Both the position numbers and the translations under genes were made by a program. A DNA stretch of 37,042 nt. It comes from an uncultured virus (IMG/VR IMGVR_UViG_3300030294_000014) (Duplodnaviria > Heunggongvirae > Uroviricota > Caudoviricetes). Under the pieces are notes generated by a model. The model had not been told where the DNA came from. It saw only the letters and a list, made by a program, of their open reading frames with translations, and made no database searches. Within the stretch, counting starts at the first letter, position 1, and every line of letters starts with the position of its first letter. Shown in pieces: positions 18,396 through 26,953 of the stretch. Location: the IMG/VR virus record IMGVR_UViG_3300030294_000014; one strand, written 5' to 3'.

Positions 18396-19467
18396 ACTTC
18401 ATTTTCTTAATTAAATCAAAACCAAATTTAAATTTACTCCCCTTTATAGAATTTTCTGAACAAAACTTCAAAAAATCTTTCGTTACAGTTTTTTTATCAT
18501 ATGATAAAACGCTATCCGATTCACTTATTTCTATAGCTTCTTTCTCTTCATCGCATTCAAACTTTACGTCAATCCCATATTTACTTTGTATGTCAGAAAT
18601 ATTTATTTTTTGACAATCTGTTTTCTTACCTATAAATACAAATCTTATATGGTCATAAGTCTCTCCCTCGTATTTTTCTAACAAATTTCTTAAGCTTTCT
18701 TTGTCCGAAGCTTCAATTACTTCTTTGATATATTTAGGAAATTTAGAGGGTAAAAATTTAGTTGATCCGTCTTTAAAAAGAACCGTGAACCCCTTATCAA
18801 TTATATTTTCTCCGTAATTATTTTGATAAGCCGAGCCTGTATAAATAACATTATCTGCTAATTTAGAAGCGTTATGATAATGACCAATTAGAACTTTCGT
18901 ATAATCTTTGAACATAGAAGGTTTTATTATAGAAGAAACTTTTGAACCGTCATTATTCATAACTCCATCAAACCCAGAATGAGTTATCATAAAAATAGAC
19001 ATATCTGAACTTATATCCCCTTCTTGAAAATTATCTTCAATTTCTGAATTGACTCTTTCGAACTCTTCTACCCATTTTTCATCTTTAAAATAAGGTATGA
19101 ATACAATTACCGCTCCGTTTATAAACCTTCTCGTAGCTGACCTATATAAGCTTATACAAGGCTCTGAATAAACATCTAGGTATGACCTTTCATCATCGCT
19201 ATCGGTTTTATCGTGGTTTCCTGGAATTACATGAATATTTAATTTATTCTTTGTTAATAATTCCAATATCTCCTTCCAATCAGTTAAGCACTGAAGAGGT
19301 TGCCCCGAACGGTTTGTAAAAACATCTCCTCCGCAAAATATACATTTTGTATCATATTCTTTACAAACTTTTATAAGTTGTTTAAAGACATCTTTAACCA
19401 ATTCTCCGTTATCTTTATCTAAATGAATATCATTAACTAAAATTCCTACTACTTCTTTTTTTATCAT
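18379..19467 (-). CDS. sbcD: SbcD/Mre11 (T4 gp47-like) metallophosphoesterase nuclease
   Basis: NDIH, GGDVF, PGNHD, ITH and GHYH motifs. Start placed at the internal ATG 19467 to avoid overlap with recA (ORF track starts at 19500). Confidence 0.9.
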   Translation of the reverse strand: MIKKEVVGILVNDIHLDKDNGELVKDVFKQLIKVCKEYDTKCIFCGGDVFTNRSGQPLQCLTDWKEILELLTKNKLNIHVIPGNHDKTDSDDERSYLDVYSEPCISLYRSATRRFINGAVIVFIPYFKDEKWVEEFERVNSEIEDNFQEGDISSDMSIFMITHSGFDGVMNNDGSKVSSIIKPSMFKDYTKVLIGHYHNASKLADNVIYTGSAYQNNYGENIIDKGFTVLFKDGSTKFLPSKFPKYIKEVIEASDKESLRNLLEKYEGETYDHIRFVFIGKKTDCQKINISDIQSKYGIDVKFECDEEKEAIEISESDSVLSYDKKTVTKDFLKFCSENSIKGSKFKFGFDLIKKMKYVESK

Positions 19468-19480
19468 AACATGATTTTTT

Positions 19481-20611
19481 TTAATCTTCTTCGACTTCAA
19501 TATTTTTTAAAAGTGATTCCTTTAAAGCTACCAAGTCATCTTGCATAGATTTTTTTATTTTACTATGAAGTATTTTAAGAAATTTGTCATGTTGTTGATA
19601 TAGCTTAAAAAATTCTCTAGGAGAACTCCATGACAATCTGCCATTCATAAAAATATACTTCTTCGCTCCTTCCTTCTTTAATAACCCTGTTTCAACGGCA
19701 TAGTCTATATCTTCTTGAGAAAGAATTATACCATAACCTAATAATATACGTATGTCTGTTTTCTTTCTGCTACCAAAGTCATTTTTTACAACTTTTACTT
19801 CTGTTATTTGAGCTACTTCAACATCATCTATCTTTTCGTTGCCCTTCAATTTCAAAGAAAGCCTCAAACATGGTAGCAATTCCACCCATTCGCCGCCAGT
19901 CGATTTTCTGGTTGTGATAAAACTTCCAGGAGCCGTATTATCATATTGATGATTTAACATAACAAAATGTACTACATGATCATACATCTCCGACATAATA
20001 GACTTGGCAAATTTTTTAGATTCTTTAGCGAAAGACATCATCTTTTCATTTTTGAATTCTATATCTTCTACTCCTCCGTCAGATTGTAATTTCTTTTCCA
20101 TCCGCTTCGTATTCTCTTCCATCGTTTCAAGTTCTGACCTTGACAAAGTGGCTCCCAAACTATCCCAAAGAAAGAAAAATTTGGGAGTTCTTTTTTCTTG
20201 TTTCATTATTTCATCGGCGTCCATTATAAGTTTTTTAACTTGCATGAACATTGCTTCTACATATTTTATTTTAATTATTATTATGTCCTTTATTGGCAAT
20301 CCTAATTGAAGTGCATAATCTTTATTGTCTCGGTTTTCACTAGAAAGTATAACGGCTATCCCGTCTTCAGGATTCTCCTTCAAAAAATACTTCATTGCCA
20401 TAAGCCCTAGAGTAGTCTTACCGCTTCTACTTTTACCAGCGATTTCAATTATTCCTGTAGGCAAACCAAAAGTTCGTAGATTATAATCTAAAGAAGGACT
20501 GCCTGTATGAGACCAACTTTTTACATCCTTAAAACCATCTTTTTCAGAAAATTTAATAACATCCTCGCTATTGAATTTTTTTACTATTTTGTCTATAATA
20601 CTATTGCTCAT
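19481..20611 (-). CDS. RecA/UvsX-like recombinase
   Basis: TGSPSLD, IIEIAGKSRSGKTT (Walker A), WDSLG (Walker B), MLNH, TGG and KVVKN motifs. Confidence 0.9.
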   Translation of the reverse strand: MSNSIIDKIVKKFNSEDVIKFSEKDGFKDVKSWSHTGSPSLDYNLRTFGLPTGIIEIAGKSRSGKTTLGLMAMKYFLKENPEDGIAVILSSENRDNKDYALQLGLPIKDIIIIKIKYVEAMFMQVKKLIMDADEIMKQEKRTPKFFFLWDSLGATLSRSELETMEENTKRMEKKLQSDGGVEDIEFKNEKMMSFAKESKKFAKSIMSEMYDHVVHFVMLNHQYDNTAPGSFITTRKSTGGEWVELLPCLRLSLKLKGNEKIDDVEVAQITEVKVVKNDFGSRKKTDIRILLGYGIILSQEDIDYAVETGLLKKEGAKKYIFMNGRLSWSSPREFFKLYQQHDKFLKILHSKIKKSMQDDLVALKESLLKNIEVEED

Positions 20612-20621
20612 ATTTTCTTTT

Positions 20622-20663
20622 ATTTATAAAATAAGCCAATGATATATTACAACCACTGGCTTA
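20622..20663 (-). terminator. Intrinsic terminator downstream of the SSB-like gene
   Basis: Minus strand: TAAGCCAGTG-12 nt loop-CATTGGCTTA (10-bp stem, one G-U) followed by TTTTAT. Confidence 0.6.
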
Positions 20664-20704
20664 CAATTCTTTTTTGTTAAAATAATATTTAAGAATAAGA
20701 AAGA

Positions 20705-21943
20705 TTATTTCTTTTTAGCAAGTTTCTTTTTAATATCACTCAACGATACTTTTGCCCTTGGTTTTTCATCCTCCTCTTCGTCTTCCTCTTCTTCTTCGTC
20801 TTCCTCCTCTTCGTCTTTGTCAGAAGCGGCGCGGATAGCTTCACGAATATCGTCATCGGTCATGGACTTCTTAACGATTACGTCAAGAGAATTTTCTTTG
20901 ATATGTTTCTTCAAAGCGTCTCTGTCCAAATCATCAAGTCCATCGTCTTCATCGCCAACTTCTTCCTCTTCTTCCTCTTCTTCCTCTTCTTCGTCATCAG
21001 AAGTTTCTTCTTTTTTCACAGTTTTTTTTACCGATTTTTTAGAAGGTTTTTCTTCTGATTCGACATCATCATATTGAGCTTTAATTTCTTCAACACGTTC
21101 AAGCCAATCTTCATCGTCAAATAAACCAATCTCATGTTCATCGTCAAAATTTTGTAAACCTTCTAACGCTCTTTCGAAATCTTTCATACCGTACTTTGGT
21201 ATAGACTCAGAAAGAGGTTTCAATGACATAAAGAAAGAAATTTCATCATCTGTAAGAGGTCTAGCGGAAACCTTTTTGGGAAATGATACATCATAATAAT
21301 TTTCTCCCTTCTTTTTGTTAGGAGTTTTCAGATATTTCGCTAAAATTGGAAGACCCTCGTCAACATCTGTAAACGGGTCTACTTCGATTACGTCATCTTC
21401 ATCTTCAGAGAAAGCTAATTTATTTAGCAAATCACGAACCATTTTCTTGAACTCCCAAATTTTAGCGCGAAGGGGGTCATTTTCGACTACTTTATCGGCG
21501 TAACAAATCCAAGAATATTGAGGATTCAAGCTATTTGAATTCATTCCGTTTCCAGAAATAGCTTCTAATTTAACGGAATCTTTAGAACATTTCTTTTTAG
21601 CACATTTGGCATACTCTTCAACCAAATCCCATTTTGTACCTCCGTGAACTTTTGAATCAAGTACTGTACCACGGTGCATATCTCCGTCATTTCCGGAAAA
21701 TGCTAGCCAATAACATTTTTTAGGTATGTAAAAGTCTTCTCCTCCTGGATGTGCTGGAAAGATTCTTATTTTTAAAGTTCTTCCGTCTTCCAAATTCAGA
21801 TATTCATTAGTACCCGCGCCTATGATTTCATTATCTTCATCAACACGCTTTTTCAATTTTTTTATAGGAGTTGCTCTCAACTGTGAACGCAAATCCACCG
21901 ATTTTTCTTTTTTTGCCATAATAGCTTTTTTAAAATCTACCAT
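20705..21943 (-). CDS. Putative single-stranded DNA-binding protein (gp32-like position and architecture) with acidic/basic tail and HeH-like module
   Basis: Lies between UvsY-like and RecA genes. N-terminal KIRIFP...DPFTDVDEG...YYDVSF domain; long D/E- and K-block C-terminus. Confidence 0.6.
   Translation of the reverse strand: MVDFKKAIMAKKEKSVDLRSQLRATPIKKLKKRVDEDNEIIGAGTNEYLNLEDGRTLKIRIFPAHPGGEDFYIPKKCYWLAFSGNDGDMHRGTVLDSKVHGGTKWDLVEEYAKCAKKKCSKDSVKLEAISGNGMNSNSLNPQYSWICYADKVVENDPLRAKIWEFKKMVRDLLNKLAFSEDEDDVIEVDPFTDVDEGLPILAKYLKTPNKKKGENYYDVSFPKKVSARPLTDDEISFFMSLKPLSESIPKYGMKDFERALEGLQNFDDEHEIGLFDDEDWLERVEEIKAQYDDVESEEKPSKKSVKKTVKKEETSDDEEEEEEEEEEEVGDEDDGLDDLDRDALKKHIKENSLDVIVKKSMTDDDIREAIRAASDKDEEEEDEEEEEDEEEDEKPRAKVSLSDIKKKLAKKK
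20760..20791 (+). repeat. 32-bp direct repeat, copy 1 (copy 2 at 28381..28412)
   Basis: ggtttttcatcctcctcttcgtcttcctcttc is identical at both sites; encodes EEEDEEEDEKP on the minus strand. Confidence 0.85.
20832..20881 (+). repeat. 50-bp perfect direct repeat, copy 1 (copy 2 at 29024..29073)
   Basis: cggatagcttcacgaatatcgtcatcggtcatggacttcttaacgattac is identical at both sites; encodes VIVKKSMTDDDIREAIR. Confidence 0.95.
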
Positions 21944-21948
21944 TTTTA

Positions 21949-22470
21949 TTAATCAATTATTTTCTTCGTTTGTTTTATCAAAACGTTATTTACTCTTCCT
22001 TCTATAACGCTGTCTGGAATGTCACCTCTTTGTATTGTCAAAGAAAGTTTATTCAATTTTTCAGACTTATCCTTAGCTGACCAAAATATTGAATTTATAT
22101 AGTCTCTCATCTTTTGTACTTCAATGAACTTTCTCTTCATTATCTGATACGCCTTATTGCTAATTACCGCACTATTTAGTGCTTCAACGGTTGGATTTTT
22201 ACCTCCATTTTGTACGGCAAGTTCTACTCTAAGTTTTTCCTTTGTCTTAGATTCAAATATTTCCAAATTAAGTTTAGCTTCAGATACTTGAGATTCTGCT
22301 TCAGCAAGAAGATTACCAAATCTATTTACGATAACGGGGAAAGTTATCAATTCCCCTATAAGATTTGAAAAATCAATCTTTAACAAAGAATCAACATCCA
22401 TCTCTTCATCGAAATTGTCAAACAATAATTTGTACGTCTTATCCTTTACTTGGATCAACCTTTTTTCCAT
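21949..22470 (-). CDS. UvsY-like recombination mediator (helical)
   Basis: LLKIDFSNLIGE..., long amphipathic helices, KNPTVEALNSAV; adjacent to the SSB-like and RecA genes. Confidence 0.5.
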   Translation of the reverse strand: MEKRLIQVKDKTYKLLFDNFDEEMDVDSLLKIDFSNLIGELITFPVIVNRFGNLLAEAESQVSEAKLNLEIFESKTKEKLRVELAVQNGGKNPTVEALNSAVISNKAYQIMKRKFIEVQKMRDYINSIFWSAKDKSEKLNKLSLTIQRGDIPDSVIEGRVNNVLIKQTKKIID

Positions 22471-22756
22471 TTTCTTTTTCAGATTTTAAAATATGTAATC
22501 CAATAACCGCATAGCCAATCAAATCTTTCAATGTATCTTCGATACTTTCGAAATAAGGCTCTTCTTTTCTCTTTTCAACAAGACTTCTATATCTATGAGC
22601 CTTATCCCAAATGTGAACCATATTGCCATTTAATCCTAGATCAAATGACGCCCCGCCATAATCAGCGTTCTTTTTTTTTAAAATTTCTCCAACATTTTTG
22701 AATATCTCATCAATACTCTCCTTTGTCATTTCTTGTTTTTCCATATCTTTATTCAA
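22439..22756 (-). CDS. DUF1599 / nucleotide modification associated domain 1 protein
   Basis: KKNADYG...IWDKAHR..SL...ESIEDTLKDLIGYAVI signature. Confidence 0.85.
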   Translation of the reverse strand: MNKDMEKQEMTKESIDEIFKNVGEILKKKNADYGGASFDLGLNGNMVHIWDKAHRYRSLVEKRKEEPYFESIEDTLKDLIGYAVIGLHILKSEKENGKKVDPSKG

Positions 22757-23381
22757 TTAAATAAGTATCTAATTCTTTAAAGTTCAAAGTAAATTCTTCA
22801 AACTTTAATTTTAACATAGATTTTACTTCTCGGGCAACTTTATAAAAGTTTTCAGCAGTCCTTTTATATTGTTCTTCTAAATTTTTGTTGCCCAAATCTT
22901 GTTCTCTTACAATATAAAACCATAACGCTATCCAATCACATAGTTTTACAAACTTTTTAACATCTTCATCGGGTCGACATATATTTAATATTAAAAGATT
23001 TGAAGACGCAGTAGGAACATTATATTGATTGTCCCATTCTTTGAATTCAGATGAAGCTTTATGGCTAGAAAGTTCATCTAAAACTTCTCTTATTTTTTCT
23101 CCGTTAAAAGTATTATACTTAACTTCATGAGACATGTCTCTAAGTATCAACGCTTCATCCCAATCATGTAAAAGTGCTCTGTCCATACAACCGAGTTTGA
23201 ATTTCAAAACTTTTACATTTTCGTTTTCTCCAAAAATATCTTCTAATAAAATGCGACAAAATATGCCCACTTTATAAGAATGTTGAGACACGCTTTCTTC
23301 TTTGAAAACGTCCATCTCCTGCCACTGCTTGATATTATCAAGCCGTTTCAAATAAGCTCCTCTAAAAATTTTGTTTAACAT
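22749..23381 (-). CDS. HD-domain phosphohydrolase, YfbR/DatZ-like deoxynucleotidase
   Basis: ESVSQHSY, ALLHDWDE, EVKY and VKLCD motifs. Confidence 0.85.
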   Translation of the reverse strand: MLNKIFRGAYLKRLDNIKQWQEMDVFKEESVSQHSYKVGIFCRILLEDIFGENENVKVLKFKLGCMDRALLHDWDEALILRDMSHEVKYNTFNGEKIREVLDELSSHKASSEFKEWDNQYNVPTASSNLLILNICRPDEDVKKFVKLCDWIALWFYIVREQDLGNKNLEEQYKRTAENFYKVAREVKSMLKLKFEEFTLNFKELDTYLIE

Positions 23382-23411
23382 ACCAATTTAATTTACAATT
23401 TTATTAATTTA

Positions 23412-26400
23412 TTATTTTTGTTCTGATATAACATATAACTTTGATTTGTTGTTACTCATAAGCTTCCTTTCGTTCCTCCATTTATCAATTTCGATTACTC
23501 CGCTTATCGCAACAATAGAACCTTTCAAACTAGCAATATCTTCTACAATTTTTTCAAAAGCGTCTGGCCAAAGAAGAATAGGAATAATCGTATTATTACA
23601 ATCTATATTAAGAGTACACATTGTTCCATTCTTAATCGCTTTTTCTTTATAATAAATTAGTTTACCGGCAACGCAAACTTCAGATTTAACTTTAACAGAT
23701 AAAAATTCAGAATCATTTACATATATCTTTGATATCCTTTTATTAGGAATCGCTTCTTGTATCATATTTTGAAAATCTACTTCTCCGAAGCCCGTCAAAC
23801 GTTTTTGTTCTAATATCCAAAAGGCATTTGTATTTGAATCTTCTGAATTATAAGATTCAATCATATTATCCTTTTTTATTTCAAGATACTTAGATAATAA
23901 TTTCTTTCTGTCTCTGGGGTTTTCTATTCCTTCTAATAGATCAAATGCTCCAGCAATTATAAGACACTTTACAACTGTTTTATTAACTTTTGAAGGAACT
24001 CTAGCTAAGAACTCTTCCATATTAAAAAAAGCCCCTCCTTCGTCTCTAGTAGACATTATATTTTTAACCGCCACTTCTCCTATTCCTTTTATTTTAGTAA
24101 GACTAAAGAATATACGTTGTTCTTTTGAATCGCAAGTGAAATTTATATCAGAGAAATTAACATCTGGAGGTCGAATTTCAATTTCAACACCCGTCTTTTT
24201 TAATTCCGCCAAACGATATGGCACTTCTCCTTCTTTAGAAAATTGTAACGCGGTTGTCCAAAATTCTAACGGGTAATTTACTTTGAACCATTGACTCCAA
24301 TAAGATATTATAGAATAAGCCGCGGCATGAGATTTATTGAAACCATATCCTGAAAATGCTAAAAGCTTCTTCCAAACTTTTTCAGCGTATTCTTTAGGTT
24401 TTTCAATTTTATTTTTTTCAAGTAATTTAGAATACCCTTCTTTGAACTTGTCTCCGTAAGAACTCAATGTCTTGACATCTTTCTTCTTAATAGTAGTTCT
24501 TAGAATATCAGATTCAACTTCCGTTAATCCACCTACTACTACCGCTTTCATAATTTGTTCTTGATAAACGTATAATCCGAAGGTCTCGGCAGTTATTTTC
24601 TCCATTCCGAAATCATATATAGGCTTCTTTTTACCATTTTTTATATCGGCAAAATCTGAATGAGCGTTTATCTCCATTGGCCCAGGTCGAAACAAGGCGG
24701 TCATTGCTATTAAGTTTTCCAAAGTATCAGGTTTAACTTGTCTGCAATAATTCATTAGTCCTGTTGTACCGAACTGAAATACATCTTCATTCCATCCTCT
24801 TTTGAAATATTTGAAAGTCTCATCATCATCAAGAGGTATATCATTTACTTCAATCTTCTTTCCGCAATTTCTTTCTATAAGTTTTAAAGTACTTTTGAAT
24901 TTATCTAATTGAGACAATCCCAAAATATCTTCTTTTAAAAAACCAGACTTATCAATATATTTTCCCTCCCACTCAGAAACTAATACTCCGTCGATTTTCT
25001 TAACGGGCATCCATTCCCATAAGTCTATCTTTCTACCGTCAGACAACGCGAATTTAGGAACTATTACAACAGCAGAAGGATGAACAGATTCTGCTTTAGG
25101 CTGTAATAAAGCATATTTGCAAAGATGCACAATTTCGGGGTAATCTTGACAAAATTTGAAAAGAGCTTTAGATTTTGTAGCATATGAGATTAAATCTCCC
25201 CATGTGTAAACTATTTGATCATCTATATCAGCGGTTAATTTATTTGTATAATCAAAAGGAAGTCCCTTCTCCTTACCAAAATCTTTTATACAAGTTTTAA
25301 GCTTCATTCTTGTATAAGTTCCTATACTGCAAGTATAGTCATATCCATATTTATCTTTTATATATCCTTTTACAGAATCTCTGTATTTAGTAGGAAAATC
25401 AACATCTATATCAGGCATAGAATCGGCTGACTTAGCTCTTTCTCCTCCAACACGAGTTTCATTAAGAAAACGTTCAAACATTAATCCATATTTTATTGGA
25501 TCAACATCCGTTATATGCAAACAATAAGCTACCAAACTACCACAAACTGATCCGCGCCCCGTACCTATATTTATATCATTATTTTTACACCAATTTATAA
25601 TATCCCAAAGAATCATAAAATAATCACATAAACCGTTAGGAACGATTACATTGCATTCTACTTCTATTTGCTTAAGATAAACATCTAATTTCTTTTTATC
25701 AAAATTTCCTAATCGTTCGTTTACTCCCTTTTCAAGTTGTTCAAAAAATAATCCTTCTACGTCTTTTACTTCAAATTGAGGAAGTTTTCTTTCTCCCGTA
25801 TTAATACGAAAGTCTATCAAATCAACTAGTTTGGAAGCATTTTCTATACCTTCCATTATTGATTCGAATAAAGGCTCTACCGAATCAATCCATTCCGAAT
25901 ATGAATTTATTGTATCTCCGACACTTTTGAAATATTGTTCTGTCGATTCAGGATAAACCTTATTATTTATTTTGTTTAATAAAGATTTCAATCCGCTTTC
26001 TTCTTTATCAAGATAATAAGAATCATTGATAAGAATAGGCTTAAGAATTTTTTTGTAATTCAAAATATAAAAATCTATGTTTTTCAAATGTTCTTTGAAC
26101 AATTGATCAGAAGTGAATTCAACTGTATCTAATTGATAAAAAACTTTATCAAAACTTTTCTTATATTTTGATATCAATCTTATTATTTCTTTTTTGTTTT
26201 CTATGATATAATTGAATTCGCTTTCTTTAGGAACTACACAACAAAGCCCCGTACCTAAACTATAAAGCAATTCTTCAGGAATAAAATTATTGTAATCTAC
26301 ATTTATAGCTTTGTTTATCAATAAAATATTTTTCCATCCTTCATAATTTAAAACAAATAATTTTAGTTCAAATATTTCTTGATTTTGTTTATCTTCAGAA

Positions 26401-26951
26401 TAATTCCTTGCTACAACTACAGTTTCACCTATTACGCATTTTAAACCTTTTTTTTCACAAAAAGTTTGCAAAGAAAGAGTTCCAGCCATAGTATTTTTAT
26501 CGCATATTCCTAACGCCTTGCAACCTAAAAAAGAAGCTTTCTTAGCCCAAACCTCGCAAGAACCTGAACCGTTCATCATTTCGTATTCTGAATGTACTCC
26601 GAGATGAGAAAACTCCGTTATGAAAGGTTCACTTGTTTTACCTAGATATTTGAAATCAAGAAATTCAGGTTCAAAAATAATTTCATTGTATTTATTTTTA
26701 GAAGTTTTTATTCCAGAATAATAAAATTTTTCTCCGAACTCAAATAAAATAAAATTTACCTTTTTTTCATCTAACAAATCGAACTCTTCATCTGAAATAA
26801 TGAATGAAAAGTCTTCGTCTATTATTTTACCATCAAAGGGATGAATATAAAGAAATGTTCCAACTTCTTCGATAGTAATAATATCGGAATCTCCCATTTT
26901 AGATTCCGATATTGACATCTTATTTTCTTCAATCCACTCTTGTAATGACAT
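23412..26951 (-). CDS. dnaE: DNA polymerase III alpha subunit (family C, DnaE-type)
   Basis: PHP remnant, GRGS, LMFERFLN, PDIDVDF, KEDILGL, VFQF, ALFRPGP, VYQEQIM, YGFNKSH, HhH KIKGIG and C-terminal OB fold. Confidence 0.97.
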   Translation of the reverse strand: MSLQEWIEENKMSISESKMGDSDIITIEEVGTFLYIHPFDGKIIDEDFSFIISDEEFDLLDEKKVNFILFEFGEKFYYSGIKTSKNKYNEIIFEPEFLDFKYLGKTSEPFITEFSHLGVHSEYEMMNGSGSCEVWAKKASFLGCKALGICDKNTMAGTLSLQTFCEKKGLKCVIGETVVVARNYSEDKQNQEIFELKLFVLNYEGWKNILLINKAINVDYNNFIPEELLYSLGTGLCCVVPKESEFNYIIENKKEIIRLISKYKKSFDKVFYQLDTVEFTSDQLFKEHLKNIDFYILNYKKILKPILINDSYYLDKEESGLKSLLNKINNKVYPESTEQYFKSVGDTINSYSEWIDSVEPLFESIMEGIENASKLVDLIDFRINTGERKLPQFEVKDVEGLFFEQLEKGVNERLGNFDKKKLDVYLKQIEVECNVIVPNGLCDYFMILWDIINWCKNNDINIGTGRGSVCGSLVAYCLHITDVDPIKYGLMFERFLNETRVGGERAKSADSMPDIDVDFPTKYRDSVKGYIKDKYGYDYTCSIGTYTRMKLKTCIKDFGKEKGLPFDYTNKLTADIDDQIVYTWGDLISYATKSKALFKFCQDYPEIVHLCKYALLQPKAESVHPSAVVIVPKFALSDGRKIDLWEWMPVKKIDGVLVSEWEGKYIDKSGFLKEDILGLSQLDKFKSTLKLIERNCGKKIEVNDIPLDDDETFKYFKRGWNEDVFQFGTTGLMNYCRQVKPDTLENLIAMTALFRPGPMEINAHSDFADIKNGKKKPIYDFGMEKITAETFGLYVYQEQIMKAVVVGGLTEVESDILRTTIKKKDVKTLSSYGDKFKEGYSKLLEKNKIEKPKEYAEKVWKKLLAFSGYGFNKSHAAAYSIISYWSQWFKVNYPLEFWTTALQFSKEGEVPYRLAELKKTGVEIEIRPPDVNFSDINFTCDSKEQRIFFSLTKIKGIGEVAVKNIMSTRDEGGAFFNMEEFLARVPSKVNKTVVKCLIIAGAFDLLEGIENPRDRKKLLSKYLEIKKDNMIESYNSEDSNTNAFWILEQKRLTGFGEVDFQNMIQEAIPNKRISKIYVNDSEFLSVKVKSEVCVAGKLIYYKEKAIKNGTMCTLNIDCNNTIIPILLWPDAFEKIVEDIASLKGSIVAISGVIEIDKWRNERKLMSNNKSKLYVISEQK

Positions 26952-26953
26952 AA

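Noticed and set aside
1773..20628. T4-like late promoter TATAAATA on the minus strand at 1773-1780 and 20621-20628
   Set aside because: Only two noticed, both too close to start codons, and expected by chance at this AT content.
22749..23381. 2-aminoadenine (Z-genome) pathway suggested by a DatZ-like HD enzyme beside a polymerase
   Set aside because: No PurZ/adenylosuccinate-synthetase homolog in the window; the neighbouring enzyme is TS-fold.
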